Counted from the stretch's first letter, positions 53,217 through 63,504 are shown. The stretch is 64,000 bases of DNA from Blastocatellia bacterium (GCA_035652435.1 DASRDU010000099.1:416-64415); one strand, 5' to 3'. The notes: generated by a model from the sequence alone, not told the origin. Numbers and translations are program-made.

Positions 53217-55490
53217 CTACTCTGACTTGGCGTTCGGCAGTTCGATCACGAATCGCGCGCCGTGTGGCAGGTTCTCCTGCACCCTGATGCGCCCGTGATG
53301 TTCGGCGACCGTGCGGCTGACAATCGCGAGGCCGAGGCCCGTGCCGCGATTGCGCGTCGAAAAGTACGGGTCGAAGATTCGCTCGCGGTCGGCGGGCGAG
53401 ATGCCGGGGCCGGTGTCGGAAACGACCAGCTCGACGGCTTCGCGTTCGGCGGCCCCGCGTGTGGCAACGATGATCCGCCGCTCCGACCCGTCGCTCGTTT
53501 CGGCCATCGCCTCCGCCGCGTTGTCAATCAGATTGACCAGAGCGCGTTTGATCTGCTCGCCGTCCATCAGCACGGGCGGGAGTTCGGCGGCGAGCCGGCT
53601 TTCGAGCCCGATACCGTCGAGCCGCTCTTCATAAAGTTTGATCGTGCTGGTGACCACATCGTTTAATGAGCCCGGTTCGAGTTTCGCACTCGGCAGACGC
53701 GCGAAGTTCGAGAACTCATCAACCATGCGTTGCAGCGTAGCGACCTCGTCGCCGATGATCGCCGTGCATTCGCGCACGAGTGTGGTCTCGCGCTCGTTCA
53801 GATTGCCGCCGCCGTTGCTCTGAACATTCGCGCCGCTGTTGCCTGTGCCGCTCTGGCCGTTGATCACGGTCAGCAGATTTTTCGCGAGCCTTTCAGCCGA
53901 GAGGCGGATCGGCGTCAGCGGGTTCTTGATCTCGTGGGCCATACGGCGCGCGACTTCGCTCCAGGCGGCGCGGCGCTGGGCGTCAATCAGGTCGGTCAGG
54001 TCTTCGAGGACAATCACGGTGCCGCGCCACTGCCCTCGGGGGTCGCGCAACGCCGTCACGGTGACGGCGGCGTCGAGCTGGACGTTGTTGGCCAGTTTGA
54101 AATGGACTTCGCGCGTGATCGAATCGAGCCGCACCGCGCGGCGGATCATCCGCCACAGTTCCTCGCGCTGCGCTTCGGGCAGCAGTTTTTCAAGCCCCTC
54201 GCCGCCGAGCGTCGCGGCGGCGGCCGATTCCAGATGGAGCAGGCGGAAGGCGGCCTCGTTGATCGTCGTCACGTGATTGTTCTCGTCGAGCGAGATCACG
54301 CCCGCCGAGAGGCTTTGCAGGACGGTTTCAATGTAGCGCCGTCGCTCGCTGAGCGCGGCGTTGCTTTGTTCCAGCTCGGCGGTCATCTGATTGAAAGAGA
54401 CCGCGAGCGACGCCAGCTCGTCATCGCCGATCACTTCGGCGCGGGTGGCGAGGTTGCCGCTCCTGATCTGCTGGATGGCCTGGAGCAGCTGCCTGAGCGG
54501 GTCGGCGATGCTGCGCGCCACCTGCAGGGCCATCCACGTGGCGACGAAGAGCGCGAAGGTCGTGAGCAGCGCCAGCACCAGAATCGTGATGCGTTTGACC
54601 GCCCGCTGCCTGCCCTTGAGCTTGTCGTACTCGGCGGACTGCTCGCTGATTTTGATGGCCCGCTCGGCCAGCTCGGGCTGGACCTGCTGGGAGATGACGA
54701 GCGTTCTGGGCGCGGTGCCGGGCGCGATGACGGGCGCCGCGGCAATGAGGTGAATGCGGTCTTTCCCCCGGATCACCTGCTTTGAGAAAGGCCCCTCATT
54801 CAAGGCCTTCGCGTGCGCTTCCCGGAAGGCTTCCACCAGGATCCCGTCGGGGGACGTATTTTCAGGGTCGGCCTGACGGTTGAGCAGCCTGCCGGCCTGG
54901 TCATACAGGTAAATGGTCGCCAGCTCCTGATTGGCGAGTTCGTCAGCGAGCAGCTGATTGATCTCGTCATCCTCGGTGAGCGTGATCAGGCGGGCCAGGG
55001 TGACGGCAGTGCGCTGCAGACCGTCCTGCTCGCCGGCCACGTATTCCTGCTGGATTTCCCTGGCCTCATGCACCATCTTCTGCGCCGGGAGGCTGAACCA
55101 CTTGTCCACGCTGCGGTTGATCAGCCCGGCGGTCATAAAAAACATCCAGAGCGTCGGCAGCAGCGAGAGCGCGATTGAATAAATCACCAGCCGCACCTTG
55201 AAGCGCGCGCCGAGCTTCATTTCGTGCCGCTCGCGCCGGAGCTTGATGATGTTCCGCACCAGCACCATCAGCAGCACGACGAAGGCGATCAGGTTGATAG
55301 TCGAGAGCGCGAACAGGATCAGCGTCTCGCTGGCCGAGCCCGGCGACAGGAACGGCAGCGTGTCGAAGGCCTGCTGCACGAAGAGCAGCGCGAACAGGAA
55401 CGCGACCACGACCGTCAGCACAATGACGCGCCCGCGGCGGCCAAAGCCGCGCTTCTTCGGAGCCTGAGGTGAAGCCGGAGGCATAGACAT
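53217..55490 (-). CDS. sensor histidine kinase (two N-terminal TM helices, HAMP, PAS, HisKA, HATPase_c; NtrB/AtoS-like)
   Basis: H-box MAHEIKNPLTPI, with N (NLIDNAAEA), G1 (DTGPGI) and G2 (GLGLAIV) boxes. Confidence 0.85.
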   Translation of the reverse strand: MSMPPASPQAPKKRGFGRRGRVIVLTVVVAFLFALLFVQQAFDTLPFLSPGSASETLILFALSTINLIAFVVLLMVLVRNIIKLRRERHEMKLGARFKVRLVIYSIALSLLPTLWMFFMTAGLINRSVDKWFSLPAQKMVHEAREIQQEYVAGEQDGLQRTAVTLARLITLTEDDEINQLLADELANQELATIYLYDQAGRLLNRQADPENTSPDGILVEAFREAHAKALNEGPFSKQVIRGKDRIHLIAAAPVIAPGTAPRTLVISQQVQPELAERAIKISEQSAEYDKLKGRQRAVKRITILVLALLTTFALFVATWMALQVARSIADPLRQLLQAIQQIRSGNLATRAEVIGDDELASLAVSFNQMTAELEQSNAALSERRRYIETVLQSLSAGVISLDENNHVTTINEAAFRLLHLESAAAATLGGEGLEKLLPEAQREELWRMIRRAVRLDSITREVHFKLANNVQLDAAVTVTALRDPRGQWRGTVIVLEDLTDLIDAQRRAAWSEVARRMAHEIKNPLTPIRLSAERLAKNLLTVINGQSGTGNSGANVQSNGGGNLNERETTLVRECTAIIGDEVATLQRMVDEFSNFARLPSAKLEPGSLNDVVTSTIKLYEERLDGIGLESRLAAELPPVLMDGEQIKRALVNLIDNAAEAMAETSDGSERRIIVATRGAAEREAVELVVSDTGPGISPADRERIFDPYFSTRNRGTGLGLAIVSRTVAEHHGRIRVQENLPHGARFVIELPNAKSE

Positions 55491-55647
55491 AAGTGATGAA
55501 CGCTCGCGCCGGTCGGGATGAAAAGTGAAGCAGGATTTTATCAGAGTAGCGGCGCGCCAGCGAGACGGGCGCGGGCAGCATGTTATCCTTGGCCCGATCT
55601 CTTATCCGGTCTTTTGTGACACCTTCTGAACTAACCAGAGAATTGCC

Positions 55648-56631
55648 ATGAGCCCTGTCTCCATCTTCATCAACCCGCGAACCGGAATTCTGCGCGGCGG
55701 GTGGCGGGTATTGTTTTTCGTTTTTATCATGCTGCTGCCTTATCTACTGCTGCGCAGACTTTCAGGCGGGAGCCGGCCTGCCGAAGCCGCCGCGCCCGCG
55801 ATCATTCTGGATTTCAGTCCGGAAGCGATCCTGGGCCTGGTGATTGAAGTCGTCTGGCTGCTGTTTGTTTCGTGGCTCTGCCTGAAGATCCTGGAGCGAC
55901 TTGATCTGAGGACGCTGGGTGTAACTTTTTACCGCGGCTGGTGGCGCGATGTGTGGCTGGGCTGCGCGATTGCAGCAGCGATGGTCATCATTATGGTAAT
56001 GATTCAGATTCTTGGTGGTGGTACGCGGCTGATGCTCAGTCCGATGCTGTGGAAATCGGCTGACGGATCACGAGTGATTGACTGGATCGGCTTACTTCTG
56101 CTGCTCGGGCGGGTCGGGCGGGCACTTTTGTTTTTCATTTTTGCGGCTGCGTTTGAGGAGCTGCTTTGCAGGGGCTATCCGTTTCAAACGCTGTTGCGCA
56201 GCGCTTCGGCAATTGTCCCGATCCTGCTGCTTTCGCTGATTTTCGGGTTGCTGCACCTGGAAAATCCGAACGCGACGCCCTTCGGCATTACAAACACCAT
56301 ACTGGCCGGGGTGTGGCTTTCAATCGCTTACCTGAAAACACGCGGGTTGTGGTTCCCGACGGCGTTGCACTTTACATGGAACTGGGTGATGGGTGTTTTC
56401 TTCGGACTGCCGGTCAGCGGGATAAAGACCTCGGCAGGCTCTTCGGTCTTTCTCGGCACCAGCGAATCGCCGGTGTGGCTGACGGGTGGAAGTTACGGGT
56501 GCGAAGGCGGGGCAGCAGCGACGGTGGTTTTGTTGATTGCCACGGCCATTATCTGGCGGGCGCGCTGGCTGAAAAGCCCGGAGCCGGAAAGCGAAGGCCT
56601 GACGAATCCGGAATCTCAGATTGAAACCTGA
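55648..56631 (+). CDS. CPBP-family intramembrane glutamic endopeptidase (CAAX protease / Abi)
   Basis: Motif 1 EELLCRGY, motif 2 FGLLHL, and a conserved H in TWNWVMG. Polytopic. Confidence 0.8.
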   Translation: MSPVSIFINPRTGILRGGWRVLFFVFIMLLPYLLLRRLSGGSRPAEAAAPAIILDFSPEAILGLVIEVVWLLFVSWLCLKILERLDLRTLGVTFYRGWWRDVWLGCAIAAAMVIIMVMIQILGGGTRLMLSPMLWKSADGSRVIDWIGLLLLLGRVGRALLFFIFAAAFEELLCRGYPFQTLLRSASAIVPILLLSLIFGLLHLENPNATPFGITNTILAGVWLSIAYLKTRGLWFPTALHFTWNWVMGVFFGLPVSGIKTSAGSSVFLGTSESPVWLTGGSYGCEGGAAATVVLLIATAIIWRARWLKSPEPESEGLTNPESQIET

Positions 56632-56682
56632 GTTCCGGCCTCGTCCGGCCTCTGAAAACCTGATTGACTGCCGGTTCGGCGC

Positions 56683-57096
56683 TCACGCGATTGCTTCGGC
56701 GAATTCCTCAAAGCGCTTGTGCATCTCCTCGACCGCCCTGGCCAGTTCTTCCTCGCTGCCCGATTTTGCGGCTTTAGCCAGGGCGTCAACTGACGCCCCG
56801 AACTTCTGCCGGCGCTCTTCAATCGCGGCCCGGTTCTCGGCCTTCGTGCGCAGGCGGACTTTCATAATCGCCTCCTTGCGGCTGACGAGTTCATCGGCCT
56901 GGCTGCGAATCTTCGCCCACTCCTTTTTCGGATACTGCTCGTACCAGATCGGGTGGAGCAGTTCGTGGAATTTCACGACCTCCTCGATTTTGAATTTGTG
57001 ATCGCCTTCCTTCTTTTCCTGCGCGAAGCCTGAACCGACGGCGGCGAGCGCACACAGGCAGGCCAGCAGTGTGCCGAAGAGAATGAATTTTTTCAT
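56683..57096 (-). CDS. hypothetical secreted Lys/Glu-rich helical protein
   Basis: Signal peptide MKKFILFGTLLACLCALAAVGSGFA with GAGAAG upstream; 137 aa. Confidence 0.5.
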   Translation of the reverse strand: MKKFILFGTLLACLCALAAVGSGFAQEKKEGDHKFKIEEVVKFHELLHPIWYEQYPKKEWAKIRSQADELVSRKEAIMKVRLRTKAENRAAIEERRQKFGASVDALAKAAKSGSEEELARAVEEMHKRFEEFAEAIA

Positions 57097-57327
57097 GACA
57101 ACACTTCTCTGTAATCCGGTATTCAATTGTGACAAAGGGGAGACTCACTTTACAGTTGAAGCGGGCTGAAAGCCAGCCGCAGTGCCGGCGCTTTGACCTG
57201 CTCGACAAGCCGGGGCTTTTTCGATATTGTAGCGGCTTATAGCGCAATAAATGCCGCATATAAGCCGCATGTTACCAGTCAAAACATCAATCATCCTCAA
57301 TCAGCACCAGACTCAGGGAGCGATACT

Positions 57328-58938
57328 ATGAATCAATCGGGTTGGAACCCCAGTTCCTATGGCATTGCCAATCATGGCCTTCATAACGTCAATCACGTTT
57401 ACTGGAATCTCACCTCGGGAGAGCTTTACGAACACGCGATCAGGCGCGGCGAAGCTCAGGTTGCACACCTCGGCCCGCTCGTCGTCAATACGGGCCAGCA
57501 CACCGGCCGCTCGCCCAACGACAAGTTCATCGTCCGCGAGCCTTCATCCGAGCGTCACGTCTGGTGGGGCAAGGTCAACCGCCCCTTCGAGCAGGCGAAT
57601 TTTGACCGGCTCTTCAACAAAGTTACCGAATACCTTCAGGGCCGCGACGTATATGTGCAGGACTGCTTCGCCGGCGCTGACCCGGACTATCGGGTCCCGA
57701 TCCGCGTCATCACGGAACTCGCCTGGCACAGCCTCTTCGCCCGCAACATGTTTGTCCGCCCGGACTGGGACACACAGGCGGCCAGCCACCAGCCGGAATT
57801 TACCGTCATCAACGTCGCCGGCATGCAGGCCGACCCGGAGACCGACGGGACTAATTCAGGCACCTTCATCCTGATGGATTTCGGGCGCAGGCTGATCCTG
57901 ATCGGCGGCACTTCTTACGCGGGCGAAACGAAGAAATCAATCTTCACGCTGCTCAATTACCTGCTCCCGCTGAGAGGCGTGATGTCAATGCACTGCTCGG
58001 CAAACATCGGCAGGGATGGTGACACGGCAGTCTTCTTCGGCCTCTCGGGGACGGGCAAGACGACGCTCTCGGCTGACCCGGAACGCCGGCTGATCGGCGA
58101 TGACGAACATGGCTGGTCTGATCGCGGCGTCTTCAATTTTGAGGGCGGCTGCTACGCCAAAGTCATCAACCTTTCCGCCGAGGCCGAGCCGGAGATTTAC
58201 GCCTGCACGCGCCGCTTCGGGACGGTGCTGGAGAACGTGGTCATGGACCCGGTCACAAGGCGGCTGGATTTGAATGACGACTCGCTGACCGAAAACACGC
58301 GCGCCGGTTACCCGCTCACGCACATTTCCAACATCGAGCCGTCGGGTTTGGGCGGGCACCCTAAGAACATCATCATGCTCACGGCGGATGCTTTCGGTGT
58401 GATGCCGCCGATCGCGAAGCTGACGGCGGAGCAGGCGATGTATCACTTCATTTCGGGTTACACGGCAAAACTCGCCGGGACGGAGAAGGGCCTGAGCAAA
58501 GACCCGCAGGCGACGTTCTCGACCTGCTTCGGCGCGCCGTTCATGGTGCATCACCCGAATGTCTATGCCGAGATGCTCCGCGACAAGATGGCGAAGCATG
58601 GCGTGACGTGCTGGCTGGTGAACACGGGCTGGAGCGGCGGGCCGTACGGCGAGGGTAAGCGCATGAAGATTGCTCACACACGGGCGATGGTGCGGGCGGC
58701 GCTGGATGGCAGGCTGACCAGTGTGGCGACCGAGCCCGATCCGATCTTCGGCGTTCACGTGCCGGTCAGCTGCCCCGACGTGCCGAGCGAGGTCCTCAAG
58801 CCGCGCAACACCTGGAAGGATCAGCAGGCTTATGACCAGAAGGCTCGCCATCTGGCCGGGCTGTTCAGAGAGAACTTCAGGCAGTTCGAGGACGGCGTGT
58901 CGGATGAAGTGAAGGCTTCGGGGCCGGTGGCGGATTGA
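57328..58938 (+). CDS. pckA: phosphoenolpyruvate carboxykinase (ATP)
   Basis: Kinase-1a P-loop GLSGTGKTTLS and PEPCK blocks (NTGQHTGRSPNDKF; WLVNTGWSGGPYG). AGGGAG Shine-Dalgarno before the ATG at 57328. Confidence 0.9.
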   Translation: MNQSGWNPSSYGIANHGLHNVNHVYWNLTSGELYEHAIRRGEAQVAHLGPLVVNTGQHTGRSPNDKFIVREPSSERHVWWGKVNRPFEQANFDRLFNKVTEYLQGRDVYVQDCFAGADPDYRVPIRVITELAWHSLFARNMFVRPDWDTQAASHQPEFTVINVAGMQADPETDGTNSGTFILMDFGRRLILIGGTSYAGETKKSIFTLLNYLLPLRGVMSMHCSANIGRDGDTAVFFGLSGTGKTTLSADPERRLIGDDEHGWSDRGVFNFEGGCYAKVINLSAEAEPEIYACTRRFGTVLENVVMDPVTRRLDLNDDSLTENTRAGYPLTHISNIEPSGLGGHPKNIIMLTADAFGVMPPIAKLTAEQAMYHFISGYTAKLAGTEKGLSKDPQATFSTCFGAPFMVHHPNVYAEMLRDKMAKHGVTCWLVNTGWSGGPYGEGKRMKIAHTRAMVRAALDGRLTSVATEPDPIFGVHVPVSCPDVPSEVLKPRNTWKDQQAYDQKARHLAGLFRENFRQFEDGVSDEVKASGPVAD

Positions 58939-58968
58939 CGCGGAGGCGGTAAGCAGAAAACCGGAAAG

Positions 58969-59005
58969 GCGGAAGGCGGCGAATCATCGTTGCCTTCCGC
59001 TTTTT
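58969..59005. terminator. rho-independent terminator after pckA (also flanks the convergent aldo/keto reductase gene)
   Basis: A 9-bp stem (GCGGAAGGC pairing with GCCTTCCGC), a 14-nt loop, and T5. Confidence 0.5.
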
Positions 59006-59012
59006 GCTTTCA

Positions 59013-60149
59013 TCAGGCCTGATCAAAGAGCTTCATAAACTCTTCGATTGAGGCAGGGGCGGTTTTCGCCAGCTCCAGATTCTCTTCGACGTGGGCGGTG
59101 CTGCTCATCCCGACGAGCGCGGTAGTGATGCCGGGCGTCGAGCGCGTGAACTGGAGCGCGCGCTGGGCGTCGGTTCGCAGCCCCCTGAAGGCTTCGCCGA
59201 CGACCGGCGGCAGCCCCGATGCCAGCTTCGATTGCAGGATTGAAGCGCTCGACATCACGGTGACGCCGAGTTCGCCGGCCGCCTCAAGGAATGTCAGTCT
59301 GTTGCCGCCGACCACCTGACTGGCGTTGTTGAGCGCTTCGATCATGGCGAGGTTGAATGGCAGCTGCACGACCTTGAAATGATGATTGTCGCCGGCCACT
59401 TCGCGCGCCGTGTTGACGACCCGTTCGAGCGAGAGATGCTCTGCGCTGCCCGCCGGCACGCGGTAGCCGTTCCACGTCGCCGTGCCGTACATCGTGAGCT
59501 TACCCGCGCCGACGGCTGATTCCAGAAACTCGAACGCCGCGCGCAGCCGGGTGTAAAACTCCTCGCGATCCACTTCGGCGAGCTGCGATTCCGGGTTGTG
59601 GATGTAATAAACGTCAACTGCACTGAGCTTCAGATTGCGCAGGCTCTGATTGAGCTGGTGTTCAAGGTAGCGCGGGGTCATGCAGTGGCTGCCCTGCACG
59701 AAATCTTCCAGCCGGCACACGCCCGGCCTGATGAAGGTCTCTTCGAGGTAGCGCGCGAAATCCTGCCGGCTGCGCGGCGGTTCGGTGTCGAAGGGGAGGA
59801 AGCCGCCCTTGGTCGTGACGATCACTTCTTCGCGCGCGAGACTGCCGCCGGAAAACATCTCACCGAGCGCGTCGCCGAAGTTGCGTTCGCTGCGCTGAAA
59901 GCGGTAATTGGCCGCGGTGTCGAAGACGTTGCAGCCGAGCGCTGCGGCGCGTTTGACGGCGGCGCGATAAGCTTCATCGGTCCGCTCGTCGGGATCGCCG
60001 AGGTAAGAGCCGAGGCCGATGGATGACATCCACAGCCCCTGCGACTGGCGGAAATGATCTTCGGCGGCGACCCCGCGCAAACGGTCACGGTAGCCGGCTG
60101 TGCCCGCGGCGGTCGCGGCCTGTGAAGCCGCGTCTGGTGGTTGGTTCAT
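59013..60149 (-). CDS. aldo/keto reductase family oxidoreductase
   Basis: AKR blocks (LGCNVFDTAANY; catalytic Tyr context; LQSKLAS...). The start was taken at MNQPPDAAS after GGGAG. The listed ORF has a 106-aa spurious extension. Confidence 0.8.
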   Translation of the reverse strand: MNQPPDAASQAATAAGTAGYRDRLRGVAAEDHFRQSQGLWMSSIGLGSYLGDPDERTDEAYRAAVKRAAALGCNVFDTAANYRFQRSERNFGDALGEMFSGGSLAREEVIVTTKGGFLPFDTEPPRSRQDFARYLEETFIRPGVCRLEDFVQGSHCMTPRYLEHQLNQSLRNLKLSAVDVYYIHNPESQLAEVDREEFYTRLRAAFEFLESAVGAGKLTMYGTATWNGYRVPAGSAEHLSLERVVNTAREVAGDNHHFKVVQLPFNLAMIEALNNASQVVGGNRLTFLEAAGELGVTVMSSASILQSKLASGLPPVVGEAFRGLRTDAQRALQFTRSTPGITTALVGMSSTAHVEENLELAKTAPASIEEFMKLFDQA

Positions 60150-60168
60150 TGAACTGCTCCCTGGCGGC

Positions 60169-60726
60169 TCACTGGATCTGATCCAGCTCGCGCAGCCTCC
60201 TGATGGCGCTGACTGAAGTGTACATACGATACAGCACGTAACCGTGAACGGCGGCGCTGAGGTAATCGCCGAACAGCAGCAGCAACAGCGCGTCCAGCGT
60301 GTAAATGACCATCCCCACGATAAAGGGCCAGTGCATCCTTTTACCGGACAGGAACCCGAAAAGCACGAACAGTCCGGCGATGGCCAGATCGAAGAAGAGC
60401 GCGACGATTCTGAAGCCCCCGTGTGCCTGCACGCCTTCGACGATCCCGGCGACGAGACCGTCAACAACCTGAGTGAGGCCGAGGCCGAAAATGAAATGCA
60501 ACGTGCCGCCGAAAAGCGAGATGATCGAATTGACCAGCGACAATCCCGCGATCCAGAAAAACCACGAAGCCCCCGCCGCGAACTGTCGCTCGAGTTGCTC
60601 CTTTTCGACCATCATCTGACCGCGCAGGCGGTCCGGCGAGGGCGCGGTGGGCGAGGGCGGCTGCGACGCTTCGAGCTGCGGGGTGGGTGAGAAGTTTTCC
60701 TGATGGAAACCGGGATCCTGATTCAT
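60169..60726 (-). CDS. hypothetical membrane protein (Pro/Ser-rich N-terminus, 4 TM)
   Basis: 185-aa ORF ending 20 nt upstream of the aldo/keto reductase start, so probably co-transcribed. No family was recognised. Confidence 0.5.
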   Translation of the reverse strand: MNQDPGFHQENFSPTPQLEASQPPSPTAPSPDRLRGQMMVEKEQLERQFAAGASWFFWIAGLSLVNSIISLFGGTLHFIFGLGLTQVVDGLVAGIVEGVQAHGGFRIVALFFDLAIAGLFVLFGFLSGKRMHWPFIVGMVIYTLDALLLLLFGDYLSAAVHGYVLYRMYTSVSAIRRLRELDQIQ

Positions 60727-60917
60727 GGGTGTGCCTCCTGACTCTGGTTGGTTGTCACGTTGATCGTATTACGACGGAAGTGATACGAACAGGCTGATCG
60801 CGTGATCCGCGCGGCTCGCCAATTCGCGTGCCGCTTGTTACAGTAGACGGCACTGAGCTTATCACCAAATTTATTGATTGTCAGTCGCCGCAACCGTCAG
60901 GGGCGATAAAGGGAAAG

Positions 60918-61745
60918 ATGGAGAGGGAACTGGAAACTGCAAAATATCTGGCGCGCGAAGCCGGGCACATCCTGCTGGAGTTTTACGGCAGCGATCACAC
61001 AGTTCAGTGGAAAGGCTATGACGACCCGGTGACCGCCGCCGACCATGCCGCCAACGAATTCATCGTCCGGGAACTCGAGAAGCATTTCCCGCACGACGGC
61101 ATCCTTTCCGAAGAGGCGCACGACGACCGGTCGCGGCTCGACAAGCCGCATGTCTGGATGGTTGACCCGATGGACGGGACGAAGCAGTTCATCGAACGGC
61201 TCGGCGAGTTCTCGGTCATGATCGGGCTGGCCGTGCATGGCGAAGCGCAACTCGGCGTGGTTTACCGCCCGGTGGATGACCGGATGTATTTCGCCGCGCC
61301 GGGGATGGGCGCTTTCGTCGAGGAGAAATGGACGACGAAGCGGTTGCAGGTCTCAGCCCTCAGCGACCCCGCGCAGATGGTTGCGGCGATGAGCCGTTCA
61401 CATCACTCGCCCAAGGTTGACCTGATCAACGAGCGGCTCGGCATCACCAGGCAAATCCGTTCGGGCAGCGTCGGCCTGAAGGTCGGGCTGCTCGCCGAAG
61501 GCTGCGCACACCTCTACATTCACCTCGGCGCGAAGACCAATCAGTGGGACACCTGTGCGCCGGAAGCGATCCTGCGCGAGGCGGGCGGGCTGGTGACTGA
61601 CACGGCGGGCGCGCCACTGCATTACAACACGCCCGAGATTCGCAACCTCCGCGGCATTGTCGCCAGCAATGGACCGATTCACGCCCACGCGCTGCGAGTG
61701 ACTGCGGCAGTGCTGGCCGAAACGGGCTCTCCGAAAACTTACTGA
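60918..61745 (+). CDS. inositol-monophosphatase-family phosphatase (CysQ-like 3'(2'),5'-bisphosphate nucleotidase)
   Basis: IMPase motifs WMVDPMDGTKQF and WDTCAPEAI. AAGGGA Shine-Dalgarno before the ATG at 60918. Confidence 0.8.
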   Translation: MERELETAKYLAREAGHILLEFYGSDHTVQWKGYDDPVTAADHAANEFIVRELEKHFPHDGILSEEAHDDRSRLDKPHVWMVDPMDGTKQFIERLGEFSVMIGLAVHGEAQLGVVYRPVDDRMYFAAPGMGAFVEEKWTTKRLQVSALSDPAQMVAAMSRSHHSPKVDLINERLGITRQIRSGSVGLKVGLLAEGCAHLYIHLGAKTNQWDTCAPEAILREAGGLVTDTAGAPLHYNTPEIRNLRGIVASNGPIHAHALRVTAAVLAETGSPKTY

Positions 61746-61854
61746 TCCGAGTTCCGATTCTGTTGCGTCGGCGGGAACTTTGTTCGTCCGGCGGAGTCTA
61801 CAAGCAGGCTTGCCGGACTTTTCGCTGAATTTCGTCGTGCAATGGAGGAGGAAA

Positions 61855-62250
61855 ATGCGAAACAAACCACAACCCGTCATTAACGTTACACCGTTGATTG
61901 ACGTCCTGCTGGTGCTGCTGATCATTTTCATGGTGATCTCGCCGACCAAACCGCGGCGCTTTGCCGCGCAGATCCCCGAGAAGAATTCGTCCGAAGCCAG
62001 TCCTCCCATGCCGTCAGTCGTCGTGAACGTCGCAGCAGACGGCAGCCTGCGTCTGAATGATCGCGAGATGAAATCGGATGAGCTGGAGGCAGAGCTGACG
62101 AGGCTGATGAACGAGCGCCCGACGGAAGACCGCAACGTCTTCATCAGCGGCGCGCCGTCGCTGAGCTATCAGGCGGTGGTGCGAGTCATTGATCTGGCAA
62201 AGAGCGCCGGCGCCGAGCGAGAGGGACTCGTTCTCGATCAGGTGAATTGA
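61855..62250 (+). CDS. biopolymer transport protein ExbD/TolR
   Basis: INVTPLIDVLLVLLIIFMV N-terminal TM, then a periplasmic domain. GGAGGAGG Shine-Dalgarno. Confidence 0.8.
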   Translation: MRNKPQPVINVTPLIDVLLVLLIIFMVISPTKPRRFAAQIPEKNSSEASPPMPSVVVNVAADGSLRLNDREMKSDELEAELTRLMNERPTEDRNVFISGAPSLSYQAVVRVIDLAKSAGAEREGLVLDQVN

Positions 62251-62290
62251 AGCGGCACCGGATTGGCAGAAAGGGGCGCTCCTGAGTAAT

Positions 62291-62470
62291 TCAAACGCTG
62301 TAGCCTTTGTCGCGGAAGGCGAACAGATAGAGCCCGGAGCCGATGAAGGGGAGCAGCAGGATCAGGGCGACCAACACTACTTTCGTCGCCCAGTCGCGCC
62401 TTGAGTTCATCACGTCATTGATCGCGAAGATGTCGAGAATGACGGCCGCCAGCCAGATAAACGTGTTCAT
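62291..62470 (-). CDS. PLDc_N-domain small membrane protein (59 aa; MNTFIWLAAVILDIFAINDVMNS...LPFIGSGLYLFAF)
   Basis: Hand-translated; it is absent from the ORF track because of the 60-aa cutoff. A perfect AGGAGG sits 7 nt upstream of the ATG. It has the ILDI...NDV...W...LLLPxIG pattern of the PLD-nuclease N-terminal domain family. Confidence 0.6.
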   Translation of the reverse strand: MNTFIWLAAVILDIFAINDVMNSRRDWATKVVLVALILLLPFIGSGLYLFAFRDKGYSV

Positions 62471-62614
62471 CGTCTTACCTCCTGCAAATTTTCCAAAACT
62501 CAGGGAAGCCTGCCAAATAAAGGATAACGTTCAGCGCCCTTCGGCCCGGCAGACTCTCAGCCTTACGAACTCATACATCGTGTTGTTCCGCGATAAATCA
62601 GTTGCGGGAAGATG

Positions 62615-63064
62615 TCACCCGCCGAGCTTTACCTTCACCAGTTGATTGATCACTTTGCCGTCCACCGCCTGCCCGGCGAACTTTGCCATCACGGCTTTCA
62701 TGGCGCGGCCCATGTCTTTGGCTGAAGTCGCGCCGATTTCAGTGAGCGTTTCCTCAACGACCCGTGCGACGGTCGCCTCATCAACGGCGGCGGGCAGGTA
62801 CTGCTCAATGACCTTGATTTCGGCGGCCTCCTTCGCCGCCAGTTCGGCGCGCCCGCCCTTCTCATACTGCTCGATGCTGTCGCGCCGCTGCTTGACGAGT
62901 GACTGAAGCACTTTGGTGCTTTCGGCATCATCGAGCGGGGCCATCTTTTCGATCTCCCGATTCTTGAGCGCGGTCTTCACCATCCGCAGCGCCGAAAGCC
63001 TCTCGGCGTCCCGGGCTTTCATGGCGGCAGTAATGTCCTGATTGATTGTATCGAGCATGCTCAT
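62615..63064 (-). CDS. GatB/YqeY domain-containing protein
   Basis: Typical N-terminus ([37 protein letters not shown]) and a length of 149 aa. Confidence 0.8.
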   Translation of the reverse strand: MSMLDTINQDITAAMKARDAERLSALRMVKTALKNREIEKMAPLDDAESTKVLQSLVKQRRDSIEQYEKGGRAELAAKEAAEIKVIEQYLPAAVDEATVARVVEETLTEIGATSAKDMGRAMKAVMAKFAGQAVDGKVINQLVKVKLGG

Positions 63065-63430
63065 AACTTCGTTCTCCCGGTGAAGGATCTATCCGGCCAG
63101 GCTCTGAGTTATAGCCGAAAAGCGGCGAACAGTGAATAGCGAATGGGGGATAGTTGATTGCGGAGGCTGCTGGAATTTGTTAGGCTTCCCGGTCAAAGTT
63201 CCTGCCCGATACAGACAAGGGGAGCAGGTGCGCGGATGCGTCCGGCCTTCAACCCGGGCGGTCAGATCGCGCCGGGAGTGAATCTGCGCCAGCGGCTCCG
63301 GACGACGGCACGCGCACAAGGATTTCATCAGCAGGCTTCATTGAAAAACGACGGTCAGCCGTGTGTTTGATCACAGAGCAGGATATGCCGAAACCGCTAC
63401 GCGCCGACTGATGATCAGGCAGGGGCAGAC

Positions 63431-63504
63431 AGACCCGAGGGGGGACGTATCCCAACCGGTAGAGGAGAACGGCTTAGAACCGTTACAGTGAGGGTTCGAA
63501 TCCC
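63431..63504 (+). tRNA. tRNA with anticodon UAG (Leu by anticodon) and a 74-nt class-I architecture; CCA not encoded
   Basis: A cloverleaf was derived by hand. It has a 7-bp acceptor (GGGGACG pairing with CGTCCCC), A73, a D-loop with GG, a 5-bp anticodon stem (AACGG/CCGTT), the loop CUUAGAA, a 5-nt variable loop, and a canonical T-arm (GAGGGTTCGAATCCCTC). Confidence 0.7.
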
